A DNA stretch of 63,353 bases from a virus (lineage: Duplodnaviria; Heunggongvirae; Uroviricota; Caudoviricetes), in IMG/VR virus record IMGVR_UViG_3300012324_000010; one strand, 5' to 3'. This document shows positions 1 through 9,800 of this stretch, piece by piece; the stretch's first letter is position 1, and every line of letters starts with the position of its first letter. A model generated the notes under the pieces. That model was not told the DNA's origin. It saw only the letters and a program-made list of their open reading frames with translations, and ran no database searches. A program made the translations under genes and the position numbers.

Positions 1-124
1 ATATCATACCATGAATATTTTTAAATTTCAAATTTTTATCCCTCTTTTTGTGTTATTTTTAGTATTTTTACACTGTGGATACTTAGTGATTTTCAAGATG
101 AAAATATATATGATTTCAAATATG

Positions 125-170
125 AATACACCTTACTCAAACATCTATACATATCTGAGCAAGGTGTATT
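125..170 (-). terminator. Hairpin downstream of ftsK, probable terminator
   Basis: AATACACCTTACTCA ... TGAGCAAGGTGTATT imperfect inverted repeat just past the ftsK stop. Confidence 0.5.
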
Positions 171-193
171 ATTATGTTTACTCATGTCCCTTT

Positions 194-3100
194 TTAGAAC
201 ATTTTCTTAAACTCTTCTAGAGTTAGATTGTCAAATTCTTCATCACTCATAGAGTCAAGTTTATCCTTAATCTTCTTATAAGGATCTTTTCCTTCTTTTC
301 CTGAGTTCAGATCAAGTTTAAGTCTTCTTGCTGCTTCAGTGGTAGCTTTATCCCATCCTCCAAAGACAGAAGAATCAGGCTCAGGCATATCCACATACTC
401 TTCTTGACCACTACCAGGAACAGCGGTTTGAGTAGTCTGCTGTTCTACTCGTGGGGTATTAGCAATAATCTCACTCATGGAGTGCTCATCCAAACCATCC
501 TCTTCAAGAAGGAATCCACGGAAAACATGTTTTTCAGAGCCTTCTAGAAGCATTCCCTCACCTTTAAGCTCAAGATCTTCTAGTCCAGGTTCATCAATAA
601 TGACTTTAGAAGCAATCTGATCTTGTGTCTTCAAGCCTAGTCTTCCTGACTGCTGTTTGATGATGGTAGGAATGCTCTCCTTTGTAGGATACTGAGTTGA
701 AATAAGCATATGGATTCCCGCACTTCTGGACTCGCGAGCTAATTTAACTGCATAATAAAGGATTTCTTTTTGCAATTCCTTAGTCTCTGGATCACTGGCA
801 CCAGCGAACAGCATGGCCGCCTCGTCGATAATTATGAAAATATAAGGCTGTATCAAAGGATTAGGTGATCCATCTGGCATAGGACCTTGCTCAATGCCAA
901 TTCTTCTTGCTACAGCTAGCTTGTCAATGCTCTCAGAATCAGCAGGAGCATATCCATCACGTTGTGCAAACCTGAAGATACCATTGCGTCTCTTCATTTC
1001 TTCTGCTGCTTCTCTAAAGAGATCTCTAACATTAGTAAAGAAATCTTCTGAAGGAGTCCATGAATCAACATACCTAGTTACAGAATCTAATCCTTCAAAG
1101 TTTTGATAACCAATCTTCGGGTCAATGATCCAAATCTGAAGATCCTCAGGACCATTATTAGCAATCAGTTGGCAAATCATAGAGTAAATCAATACTGACT
1201 TACCAGAACCTGAAGAACCTGCTAGAACCAAGTGTGGCATATCTTTATTGAAGTCATGGGTAGCAAGAGAACCATTAGATTTCACACCTGGTGACCATGC
1301 AATCTTTGTCACTCCAGGTTCTCTTCCTGTAATGAGCTTGTCTTTATATTCAGAAAATAAGAACACTTTTTCTAGAGGGTGTGTAGGAGACGCTACAGCA
1401 GTAAACTGTGATACAGATCCATTGTTTTTCTTAATGTAGTTTGAGATTTCCCTTTTCTCTTTCCTGCTCATTTTCTTTTCATCTGTAATACCTTGATGCA
1501 CTTCCAGGAAGTTATTACCAGAAGTGGTTTTTAGACCTTCTGCTGCAGCTTTGCGAATAGTATTCATGGAAATACCAGCTGGAATATCAAAGACAATCTG
1601 ATTAGATGTTCCCATGACATCTTTGCTTAGCATGACAGAAGGAGATTTTCCTTCAGGGGATACCACTTTGTTCATAGCAAAAGAGTACTCCCAGTCCACA
1701 GAAAGGAGTTCTTTCTTATACCAAGAAGCTTTAATACCCCGTGGGAAGATGACTTCTGGGTTATTAGGAGATCCATTTCCTACAAAGATATCTATTACTG
1801 TTCTTCCATTGTGATCTACCCTAGATTTTGCTCTTACCCATGCTACACCTAAAGCATTTCTGATTTTGCTGATCTTGGAAGTAAAATCAGAGTCAGTAAC
1901 ACCTTCTGGAGCTACTACTGATACCCTCATGATTTGAATAGGAGAATCTTCTGCAGTCATCATAGAGTATGAATGCATGATGCATCTATTGATTCCTTTG
2001 ATGGATGCTAGCGGTTCTACAATATTTGCTCTAATAGCAATATTTTTCTGCTCTTCTGTTATGTCCCTTTCTACAAGAAGTTCACTTACAGAAATATATT
2101 CATCTGACCACCAGACTCTAAATCCTTCAGCAGATACAGTACCTTCAATGGATTCTCCTTGATTATTTCTTCGTGGAATGGGGGTGATAACTACCATTTC
2201 TTGATTGGCAATAGATGGACTGATGAGATCTGCATCTCCTGCATAGTCTGTAAATCGTCCGTTCATAGGATAAGAGAACGTTGCAGCCCATACATGTGGT
2301 TCTGGTTCAGGATATCCTTCTGGAGGTCCTCCTGGTTTTCCAGGTTGTCCAGGTACTGGAACTTCCATTTCAAAATAAGGTATGAGTTTATTTTTAAATT
2401 CCCAAATGTCATTCCATTTGTCTCGCGCTTGAATCTGTTTGTCAAACTCTTCCCTGTATACCTTGGTAAGGTTTCTAAACATGCCATAAACAAAAAGAGA
2501 AACAGTAAGAACAGCTATTCCAATGAAGATATAAGTCTTTACTGCATTCAAAGGCTCAATAGCTATCATTGTAGCCATAGATACACCTAATGCTATGCCT
2601 CCACCAATGAGTGCTGTGAAAAATCCTTGTATAGCAGCTTTGACAAAAGATCCGTTTCTAGGTATCTTGTTAAACATCACTGCTGGTGTGTGATCTACAC
2701 CACTAAGAAGAGTTGCTCTATGATACCTGTTAGCAGCAGTAATAACTTGCAAAATCATAAAGTAACATAGAGCAGATACAGCCATAGAAACCCACACAGG
2801 AATCATGAAATCACTATCCCATAAAGGTCTCACATAATCGTGGATAAGATAATCTATACTAGACATACATATTCCAAACCCTATTGCCCAGTATGCTGAT
2901 AATCTAGTAGGAGGGGAAAACATATGTGCTTGAAGATCTTTGTGTGTATCATCTTCTGGAGGTCCAAAACCTAGCATGACTAGAGGGGAAAATATATGAG
3001 ATCTATAATCCTTTTTTAAGATATCCATATATTGAGCTGTTTTCCATGCTCTAGAGTCAAAAGTCATCATTCCGTTAATAGGATCTTGATCTTCTGGACT

Positions 3101-3274
3101 TTTCCAAAAAAGAGGGATGATAAACAAGATAGCAAAAAATGCTAATCCACTGGGAACGTTAAAGCAAATAATGGAAGCTATAAGAAGGATTGTGGTAATA
3201 AAAATAGCAAACTTCTTCCCTGCAGGAAAAGTATCAAACATACTTTTGCTATTTCTTCTAGATGCTGATGGCAT
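194..3274 (-). CDS. Membrane-anchored FtsK/SpoIIIE-family ATPase (single motor domain)
   Basis: N-terminal TM helices; PHLVLAGSSGSGKS Walker A; IIDPK; EEMKRR; IFIIIDEAA Walker B; LARESRSAGIHMLISTQ. No obvious C-terminal gamma wHTH. Confidence 0.9.
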   Translation of the reverse strand: MPSASRRNSKSMFDTFPAGKKFAIFITTILLIASIICFNVPSGLAFFAILFIIPLFWKSPEDQDPINGMMTFDSRAWKTAQYMDILKKDYRSHIFSPLVMLGFGPPEDDTHKDLQAHMFSPPTRLSAYWAIGFGICMSSIDYLIHDYVRPLWDSDFMIPVWVSMAVSALCYFMILQVITAANRYHRATLLSGVDHTPAVMFNKIPRNGSFVKAAIQGFFTALIGGGIALGVSMATMIAIEPLNAVKTYIFIGIAVLTVSLFVYGMFRNLTKVYREEFDKQIQARDKWNDIWEFKNKLIPYFEMEVPVPGQPGKPGGPPEGYPEPEPHVWAATFSYPMNGRFTDYAGDADLISPSIANQEMVVITPIPRRNNQGESIEGTVSAEGFRVWWSDEYISVSELLVERDITEEQKNIAIRANIVEPLASIKGINRCIMHSYSMMTAEDSPIQIMRVSVVAPEGVTDSDFTSKISKIRNALGVAWVRAKSRVDHNGRTVIDIFVGNGSPNNPEVIFPRGIKASWYKKELLSVDWEYSFAMNKVVSPEGKSPSVMLSKDVMGTSNQIVFDIPAGISMNTIRKAAAEGLKTTSGNNFLEVHQGITDEKKMSRKEKREISNYIKKNNGSVSQFTAVASPTHPLEKVFLFSEYKDKLITGREPGVTKIAWSPGVKSNGSLATHDFNKDMPHLVLAGSSGSGKSVLIYSMICQLIANNGPEDLQIWIIDPKIGYQNFEGLDSVTRYVDSWTPSEDFFTNVRDLFREAAEEMKRRNGIFRFAQRDGYAPADSESIDKLAVARRIGIEQGPMPDGSPNPLIQPYIFIIIDEAAMLFAGASDPETKELQKEILYYAVKLARESRSAGIHMLISTQYPTKESIPTIIKQQSGRLGLKTQDQIASKVIIDEPGLEDLELKGEGMLLEGSEKHVFRGFLLEEDGLDEHSMSEIIANTPRVEQQTTQTAVPGSGQEEYVDMPEPDSSVFGGWDKATTEAARRLKLDLNSGKEGKDPYKKIKDKLDSMSDEEFDNLTLEEFKKMF
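509..607 (-). repeat. Dispersed 99-bp repeat, copy 1 (in ftsK)
   Basis: 88/99 identical, ungapped, to 16749-16847 by manual alignment. Confidence 0.9.
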
Positions 3275-3381
3275 AAAAATCTACCTTTACTTTGTGTGTT
3301 AATGGCATAGTTTTTTAATGATTATCATAACAATAGCAGCTTTATCTTGTTGTGGTAGTTTATGTCCCTTTTAATGGTTTG

Positions 3382-3423
3382 AAAAAATATATCCTCCTTG
3401 AAAAATACAAGAAGGATATATTT
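3382..3423 (-). terminator. Intrinsic terminator-like hairpin
   Basis: ATATATCCTCCTTG ... CAAGAAGGATATAT followed by a T-run on the minus strand, after ORF 3437-3802. Confidence 0.55.
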
Positions 3424-3436
3424 ACCAATTCATTTT

Positions 3437-3802
3437 TTATCTCCAGAAAAGAAGCTTGTTAAGCAAATTGCTAGAAGGTGGAGTGTTGCGCTCTTGTTGC
3501 AAAGCAATCTGCTTTTTCTTTTCTTCAGTAACCACATTCACCCTATGAGCAGAAGATATAGTTTTATTGAGCCAAGAAAGATAATCATAAATATCACCTA
3601 GATTTTTACTAGATAGATAAGACATCTTTTCATCTACTCTGCGGCGAAATGACATCCATTGATCCCATTGGGAGGAAGTAACATAATCTTTATGATAATC
3701 ATTTTCTTCACAAACAATCTCCCAATTGGTAATGATATCTTGACATTGCTGATCTAGTGGCAGTTCATCATTGACATCAATAAGTTCTCTATACTGATAC
3801 AT
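3437..3802 (-). CDS. Hypothetical protein
   Basis: 121 aa ORF overlapping the stop of the upstream gene, followed by a terminator. Confidence 0.7.
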   Translation of the reverse strand: MYQYRELIDVNDELPLDQQCQDIITNWEIVCEENDYHKDYVTSSQWDQWMSFRRRVDEKMSYLSSKNLGDIYDYLSWLNKTISSAHRVNVVTEEKKKQIALQQERNTPPSSNLLNKLLFWR

Positions 3803-5033
3803 TGTCTTTCTCCATACAATAGTGTGCTACATTGATAATATCTTCATCTTGAGGTTTGTGATTATGATATCCCCTTAGCTCTATAATCTTACCATCTTTA
3901 ACATGAAGAACATATTGCCTTTCATCATCTTGAAGAGCATAAAGTTCCATAGAACCTTCTTCTATACCCTTTTGATACACCTCTCCACCTACACAGATTC
4001 CAAGGGTATCTCCTAATCCTGCAAGATCAATTGAAGAACGAAGAGCATAAATAGCATACTTGTGATAGGTATCATCAGGTTCTCTATTAAAGTCATAAAT
4101 AACTCCAGAAGACTTCTCCAATGTCTCCTTGAAGCGGGCTTCTCTATGTGTAGCAACGATAGCATCCATGTCTCGTGATACTCTATCGCATCTTAGTTTG
4201 ATTCTTTCCATGTCTCCATTTGCTTTAATGGTGGGAACATCTGGATTATCTGAGATTTCTACCAAAGAACACATGACATCAAGAGCCTTGTTTATGCCAT
4301 AGTTGTCACACCAATGAAGAAAACGTTTCAAGCTAAGATTAATACTTTTATCTCTAAATGCAAAAGGAATATAATCACTAGAACATGGTGGAAGATGAGA
4401 GATGTAATCTCCAAGCTGAGAGATATATTCAATAGGTTCATCTGAGTCTAAAAAAGCATGAGATAAGTTCTTTAGAGTATATACATCCAGCCGAGGAAAA
4501 GAAGAAATATACCCACCAATAAGCCGGGAAACCAACTCTTTATAGTTGCGTGAAATATATGCATCATAATGTATCTCACCTGTATAGAAACCATCAGTGG
4601 CACTATCTACATCGTTTTCCCATAGGTAAGGCGCACAAGCATGAAAGACAATACATACTGCTTGAAGAAGATCATCACTTATATCCTTCTCATGTGACTC
4701 TTCATCTCCAGGTAAGGATTCATAAATGGGTATTTCCCCATAGTTTCTTATCCGTACATACTTTTCTACTTTTCTTCCTTCTTCAGCAGGATCAGGCACT
4801 CTTAAAGACTGATAAGCTTCTTTGGCAGTAGAAGTTTGAAGATCAGTATAGTTGGTATTCATCCATGGCATAGACTCTACAATGAATTTAGAAAGTTTAA
4901 TGATACTTTCTTCTTCCATGGCATGCATAAACTCTCTAGCGCGCAGGTTGTTATGACAGATGAGCCTGGAGCCATCTGTGTAAAATTCAAATCCACCAAT
5001 AGTATAATGTTTCATGACCCTATGATACAACAC
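3789..5033 (-). CDS. PcfJ-like domain protein (ATG start possibly 5015)
   Basis: C-terminal LRSSIDLAGLGDTLGICVGG..Y and IIELRGYHN resemble the PcfJ motifs EGxxMxHCVgxY and QxRGxxN. Confidence 0.6.
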   Translation of the reverse strand: MLYHRVMKHYTIGGFEFYTDGSRLICHNNLRAREFMHAMEEESIIKLSKFIVESMPWMNTNYTDLQTSTAKEAYQSLRVPDPAEEGRKVEKYVRIRNYGEIPIYESLPGDEESHEKDISDDLLQAVCIVFHACAPYLWENDVDSATDGFYTGEIHYDAYISRNYKELVSRLIGGYISSFPRLDVYTLKNLSHAFLDSDEPIEYISQLGDYISHLPPCSSDYIPFAFRDKSINLSLKRFLHWCDNYGINKALDVMCSLVEISDNPDVPTIKANGDMERIKLRCDRVSRDMDAIVATHREARFKETLEKSSGVIYDFNREPDDTYHKYAIYALRSSIDLAGLGDTLGICVGGEVYQKGIEEGSMELYALQDDERQYVLHVKDGKIIELRGYHNHKPQDEDIINVAHYCMEKDNVSV

Positions 5034-5291
5034 CTAGTTATGGGATTCAAGAGGAAAAACTTTTCCTCCAAACACTCCTGTGGATACATTGTTTTTTATA
5101 GCATAATCTAAGCATTCTTCTTTTACAGGACATACAGAACATGCTTCTAGAATGTCTTTATCATTGAAAGTTTTTTCCATCCCAATACATGATGCTTCAT
5201 CCATCCACCCAGGTGTATGTGATAAAAATGTATGAAGAACATCAATATATGCTTCATCTACCACGCTATCGTTATGAGGAAGTCTAGGCAT
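5034..5291 (-). CDS. WhiB-family Fe-S transcriptional regulator
   Basis: WMDEASC ... CSVCPVKEECLDYA ... GVFGG: four Cys plus a G[V/I]WGG-like turn. Confidence 0.9.
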   Translation of the reverse strand: MPRLPHNDSVVDEAYIDVLHTFLSHTPGWMDEASCIGMEKTFNDKDILEACSVCPVKEECLDYAIKNNVSTGVFGGKVFPLESHN

Positions 5292-5969
5292 TTACTCTTC
5301 TCCTTTTACTCTTCTTCTATGTGAGGTGCGTGTAGAGTTTTTCTTTCTTAAGGAAGTACCAGTAAAAGTAATCAAAGTATAAGAAGATAAAACTCTATCC
5401 CAAGATGATTCACCCATATAATCTTGCAGGGTAATCTCCAGCTCGCTATCCCCTGTTCTAATAGGTGATAGGTTGGTAGACAAAATAGTAAGCTTTCCTT
5501 GAGACCATCTATTGTCAATAATAGCCCATAGACCATTTTTTCTTACATCAGTAATAGAAGTGGTAGAAGCTCCAATATCATCCAAAAGCAAAATATCTGG
5601 AGTGGAGTACTTAGCAATAGGGTTAATATTGTCAAAAGAGTAAGACAGTTCTGATAATACCTGTGGAGCACCTACATACAAAGCATTAGAGACAGTAGAA
5701 TCTTCTAGAAACTTCTTGCATACCTCCACTCCCATAACAGTTTTTCCTAGACCAGAAGGACCATAGAGAACCAAAAACTTTGTGGGGTTATTAAGATATT
5801 TTTGAAACTTTTTTATTTGTACAGAAGTAAGATTTCCTGACCATTTAGACTCAATGAGACTATCTAGGTGGTATCCTTGCAAAGCATCAGGAACAGAAGC
5901 ATCCCAGCGCTCTACCTGACTTTTGCGCCAGGAAGCATCTCGCGCAGAAACAATATCACTAATAGACAT
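5292..5969 (-). CDS. DnaC/IstB-like AAA+ ATPase (helicase-loader-like)
   Basis: LVLYGPSGLGKT, LLLDDIG, IIDNRW, TILSTNL, DRV, FTGTSLR. Confidence 0.85.
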   Translation of the reverse strand: MSISDIVSARDASWRKSQVERWDASVPDALQGYHLDSLIESKWSGNLTSVQIKKFQKYLNNPTKFLVLYGPSGLGKTVMGVEVCKKFLEDSTVSNALYVGAPQVLSELSYSFDNINPIAKYSTPDILLLDDIGASTTSITDVRKNGLWAIIDNRWSQGKLTILSTNLSPIRTGDSELEITLQDYMGESSWDRVLSSYTLITFTGTSLRKKNSTRTSHRRRVKGEE

Positions 5970-5996
5970 AACTGTTTTTCTCTACCTCTCTATTAC

Positions 5997-6875
5997 CTAA
6001 ATAAGCTGTTGTCTGTCATCTGGATGAAAATCAAACTGTGGTTCCAGCCTAGCATAAATCTCATCAAAGTTTGTATCAGGTTCTGAGTCCATGATCTTAG
6101 ATACAGTCTCCCAATACCCCTGGGGTGCTTGATTATGGAATTTAACTACCTCTTTAAGATTGTATCCCTGCATAAGAAGATCACTGGCTTCTTCATCTAC
6201 ATCCATATATTCTTTACCCACTGTAGAAGAGACTTTTTCTCCCACATCATAAAAATCTGTCTTTTTAGGTGTGGTGTATTTATTTTTGCTCTTATTATAA
6301 TCCACAGCAGTAAATTGGTTTTCTTTTGCTACTGCAGGATAGAGAGAAGAAGACCCTGTTGTTTTAATCCTAGAAGAAAGTTCATAAATATCAGGTGTAA
6401 AAGGAAGTTCTTCTTTAATGTCTTTAAGAGACTCTTTGTGTGACATAATGCATACAACAAGTGCTGCAGGATCAGCATCACCCAATCCTCCAGTAATATC
6501 ATCAATGATGGGAATCATTTCCTGTGCTTTATTTTCAGCTTGCATGTGTGTCAAAGTAGGATAAGAATGCTTAATAAACCTCTGTGCGCATTCCTTTACA
6601 GCTAAATCTTTCATGACATACTCTACCCTATCTAGAGGATCTACATCCAATCCAATAGAAGGTAGCACAGAAGCAAGGTTGAGATAATATTGCATATGGT
6701 AAAAGTCTGCACCGTTGTCTTCAGCTAATAAAACAACCTCATCAAACTTGGAAGTATCCTTATCATTGATACCCATAGCAGACATCCACTCTTTGAGTGC
6801 ATCAGAACACTTTCTATCTTTGCGGGTATCATCTCTAGCTACCACAGTAGCCCTTTGAGGTTTATACCGTGCCAT
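5997..6875 (-). CDS. Hypothetical protein between dnaE and the DnaC-like gene
   Basis: 292 aa ORF with AAGGAG RBS, directly after dnaE. Confidence 0.75.
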   Translation of the reverse strand: MARYKPQRATVVARDDTRKDRKCSDALKEWMSAMGINDKDTSKFDEVVLLAEDNGADFYHMQYYLNLASVLPSIGLDVDPLDRVEYVMKDLAVKECAQRFIKHSYPTLTHMQAENKAQEMIPIIDDITGGLGDADPAALVVCIMSHKESLKDIKEELPFTPDIYELSSRIKTTGSSSLYPAVAKENQFTAVDYNKSKNKYTTPKKTDFYDVGEKVSSTVGKEYMDVDEEASDLLMQGYNLKEVVKFHNQAPQGYWETVSKIMDSEPDTNFDEIYARLEPQFDFHPDDRQQLI

Positions 6876-6877
6876 TT

Positions 6878-9800
6878 TTACTCCTTGTCATCATTTAGTC
6901 TCTTTTTGACATCTACCTTGATTATCTTATTGCATAGTGCCTTAGGAGTAAAGTCATCACCATCTCCTGTGGAATCATTTTCAATAGCCCCTTCTACCTT
7001 GATAAATGCACCTTCATGTGATTCATCAATGGGTTCTTTAAACCTTAATGCTGGAACAGAAGCTCTATCAGTTTCAATCATAAAGGAACAATAAGGGTTT
7101 CCTTTCCCTGATACTCTATTGGAAATATTGTAGATATATCCACAGAATTGAGCATTTCTAGATGCTTGTGTGTATTCATCAATAGGAGGGTAGATTGTGA
7201 ACATATTTTGGAAATATGGTTCATCTCGCAAAGCTTCAAAAGGATGTGTTCCAATAAGGACACCCATGATATCTCTTTCCCATTGAGATCTAACAGTGTC
7301 ATCTACTTCAATATCTTCACCATCAACAGTGATGATAATAGGATCTTCAGATACATCAACTTCATGTCCCTTGTGAGAAGAGGAGATCATGGAACCAAAA
7401 AGACCTTGCTTTAGATCCATAACAGACTTATGAGATTTGGAAGCATCAATGATTTCTTCTGCTTTAGATATCACGGCTGCACGATTAGCACCCATGGAGT
7501 CAAAGGCTCCTGCCTTGGCCATATTAATAATCATAGATTTAGACAACTTGCATCTAGCAGCAAAATCTACCACTGATTTAAAAGGACCATTAGCATTTCT
7601 TTCATCAATGATTTCTTCTGCTTTCTTTGCTCCCATCCCTTTAATAATGTGCAAAGGAAGATAAATAGAATCACTTGTGGTAACAGATCTCATTTCAGAA
7701 CGTTGCACATCAGGAGCATAAACCCCTATTCCTTCTCGTTTAATCCATGAGACTGTTTCAAACACATCATCAGGATTGCTCATTCTTTGATCAATCACAG
7801 CACCTGAGAATTGAGCAGGATAATGTGCTTTAAGCCATGCTGTGCGATAAGTAATCATTCCATAGGCAACAGAGTGACTGCGATTAAAAGCATATGCACC
7901 AAAGGGTTCAATAACATCCCATAGTTCATTTCCTAGTTTTCCACCATAGCGCTTATTCACCTCTGGAATGAACTTCTTTTTGTGTTTTTCCATCTTTTGA
8001 GGATCTTTTTTAGCCATTGCTTTTCGCAAATCATCTGCTTCTCCACCAGTATATCCAGCCATGAGACGAGCAATATGCATGATGTCCTCTTGATAGATGA
8101 TCAGGTTATAGTTCTCACCAAGAACTTCTTCCATATCATGGTGCATGGCAACTGATTCATGCTCTCCTAGTCTGCGTTCACAATATTCATCGTGAGTTCC
8201 CATTCCCATTGGTCCTGGACGGTATAGCGCTAGGATAGCGGGAATGTGTTTAAACTCACTAGGTTGCATATGTCTTAGAAGTGATTGAATACCAGAAGAG
8301 TTGTGAGTTACAATACCATTAGCAATGAAGTTATTTACAGGATAATCCATCATAAGATCATAGGTTTTTTCTTTCCCATTATCTTCAATGGATTCCACTT
8401 TTTCCCATGTGGTCCCCACAGGAGAAATAATATGATCATGAGATGTGGTTTCATGAACATAAGTTTCTACCATTTGTCCATAAGACATAATGGTTACAAT
8501 CTTGTCCCCATTGTCATTTCTTGCTTGTGCTTTTTCTTCTGCTTTTACCCCTGTGCTATAAGCTTCATCAGGGTAGAAACATACATATCTATCCCACTTA
8601 TCATTGATAACATGAGGATAATAAGTCAAGCCGTCAACATTGACTGGGTTTTTACCTTGGTATCTTTCCCATCCAGGGTTAAGGGAAAGATAAAGATCAA
8701 TAATATCTTCTAGCCCTCTTACCCCAGAAGCATAGGTAAAGTCATCTTTGACAGTGAGGATATAGTCATCATCAGTCAAGTCTCCTGCCTTTACCCAACC
8801 CTGTTTAGTCCATATGTGATGTTCTGGAGTACAAGTAATACTGTGGTGAGAAGTAGAGACCTTAATGGTATCTTTAACACCAGAAAATACTACCTTATCA
8901 ACACAGTGGTTGCCAATGTATCCTCTGCCAAAAAAGAGACTTCGTGCTTCTTTGGTACTAAGATCAGAGTTGCGCAAAGAATACATCATGTCAATCCTCT
9001 GCCCATCTACAATGGTATCTCCAGTAACACAACCTAGCTGGAATACACCTCCACCATTTCCATGAGAGAGCATGTTATATACTTCTTCATCATCATAAGC
9101 AAGATCAGAAGAGTCAACTTCTTCCCCTAGATCTAGGAGAATATTTCTTTCAGTGTCTTCACATTCATCCAAGTTGATAAGACCCAAAAGATCAAATTTA
9201 ACTCCACCAATAGACTCAGTATCAGTTCCATCAAATTGACATACTGGAAGTTGGGTTTTATCAGATTTTCTCAAAGGGAAGTTGTCATCTAGAGGAGTAT
9301 CTGTAATAAGAATTCCTGAAGCATGAACACCATAGCTCATGATTCTTCCAATAAATTTAGCAGCAGTTTTAACAATAGAGTTATAGTGTGGAGTAGAAAT
9401 AATCTTTTTCTCTATTTCTTTAGGAGCTTTTCCACGTTTTGCAAAATCTACTAGTGATTCTCCATAGTCTTCACACCAGGTAGCAATCTCATCTCTAAAC
9501 TTATTAGCATCACCAGGAGAAAGTCCATAGACTTTAGCTGCTCTTAGAAGAGAATCTCGCATACCCATTTTAGAATAGTTAGATAGGTGTGCTACATGTC
9601 CTTTTCCATATTCTTCTTCTACTAACTCTAGTGCTTTTTGTCTTTTTGATTTAGGAATGTCCACATCAATATCAGGCATGGAGATTCTATCAGGGTTCAA
9701 AAAACGCTCAAAAAGAAGTCCATGCTCTAAAGGATCCACATCAACAATGCCTAGGCAGTAGACCACAACAGATCCAGGAGCAGAATTGTGAATAGCACCA

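Noticed and set aside
194..3274. Type VII secretion EccC/EssC with a WXG100 substrate (79 aa ORF)
   Set aside because: Only one ATPase domain, no WxG motif in the small protein, and no other T7SS genes recognised
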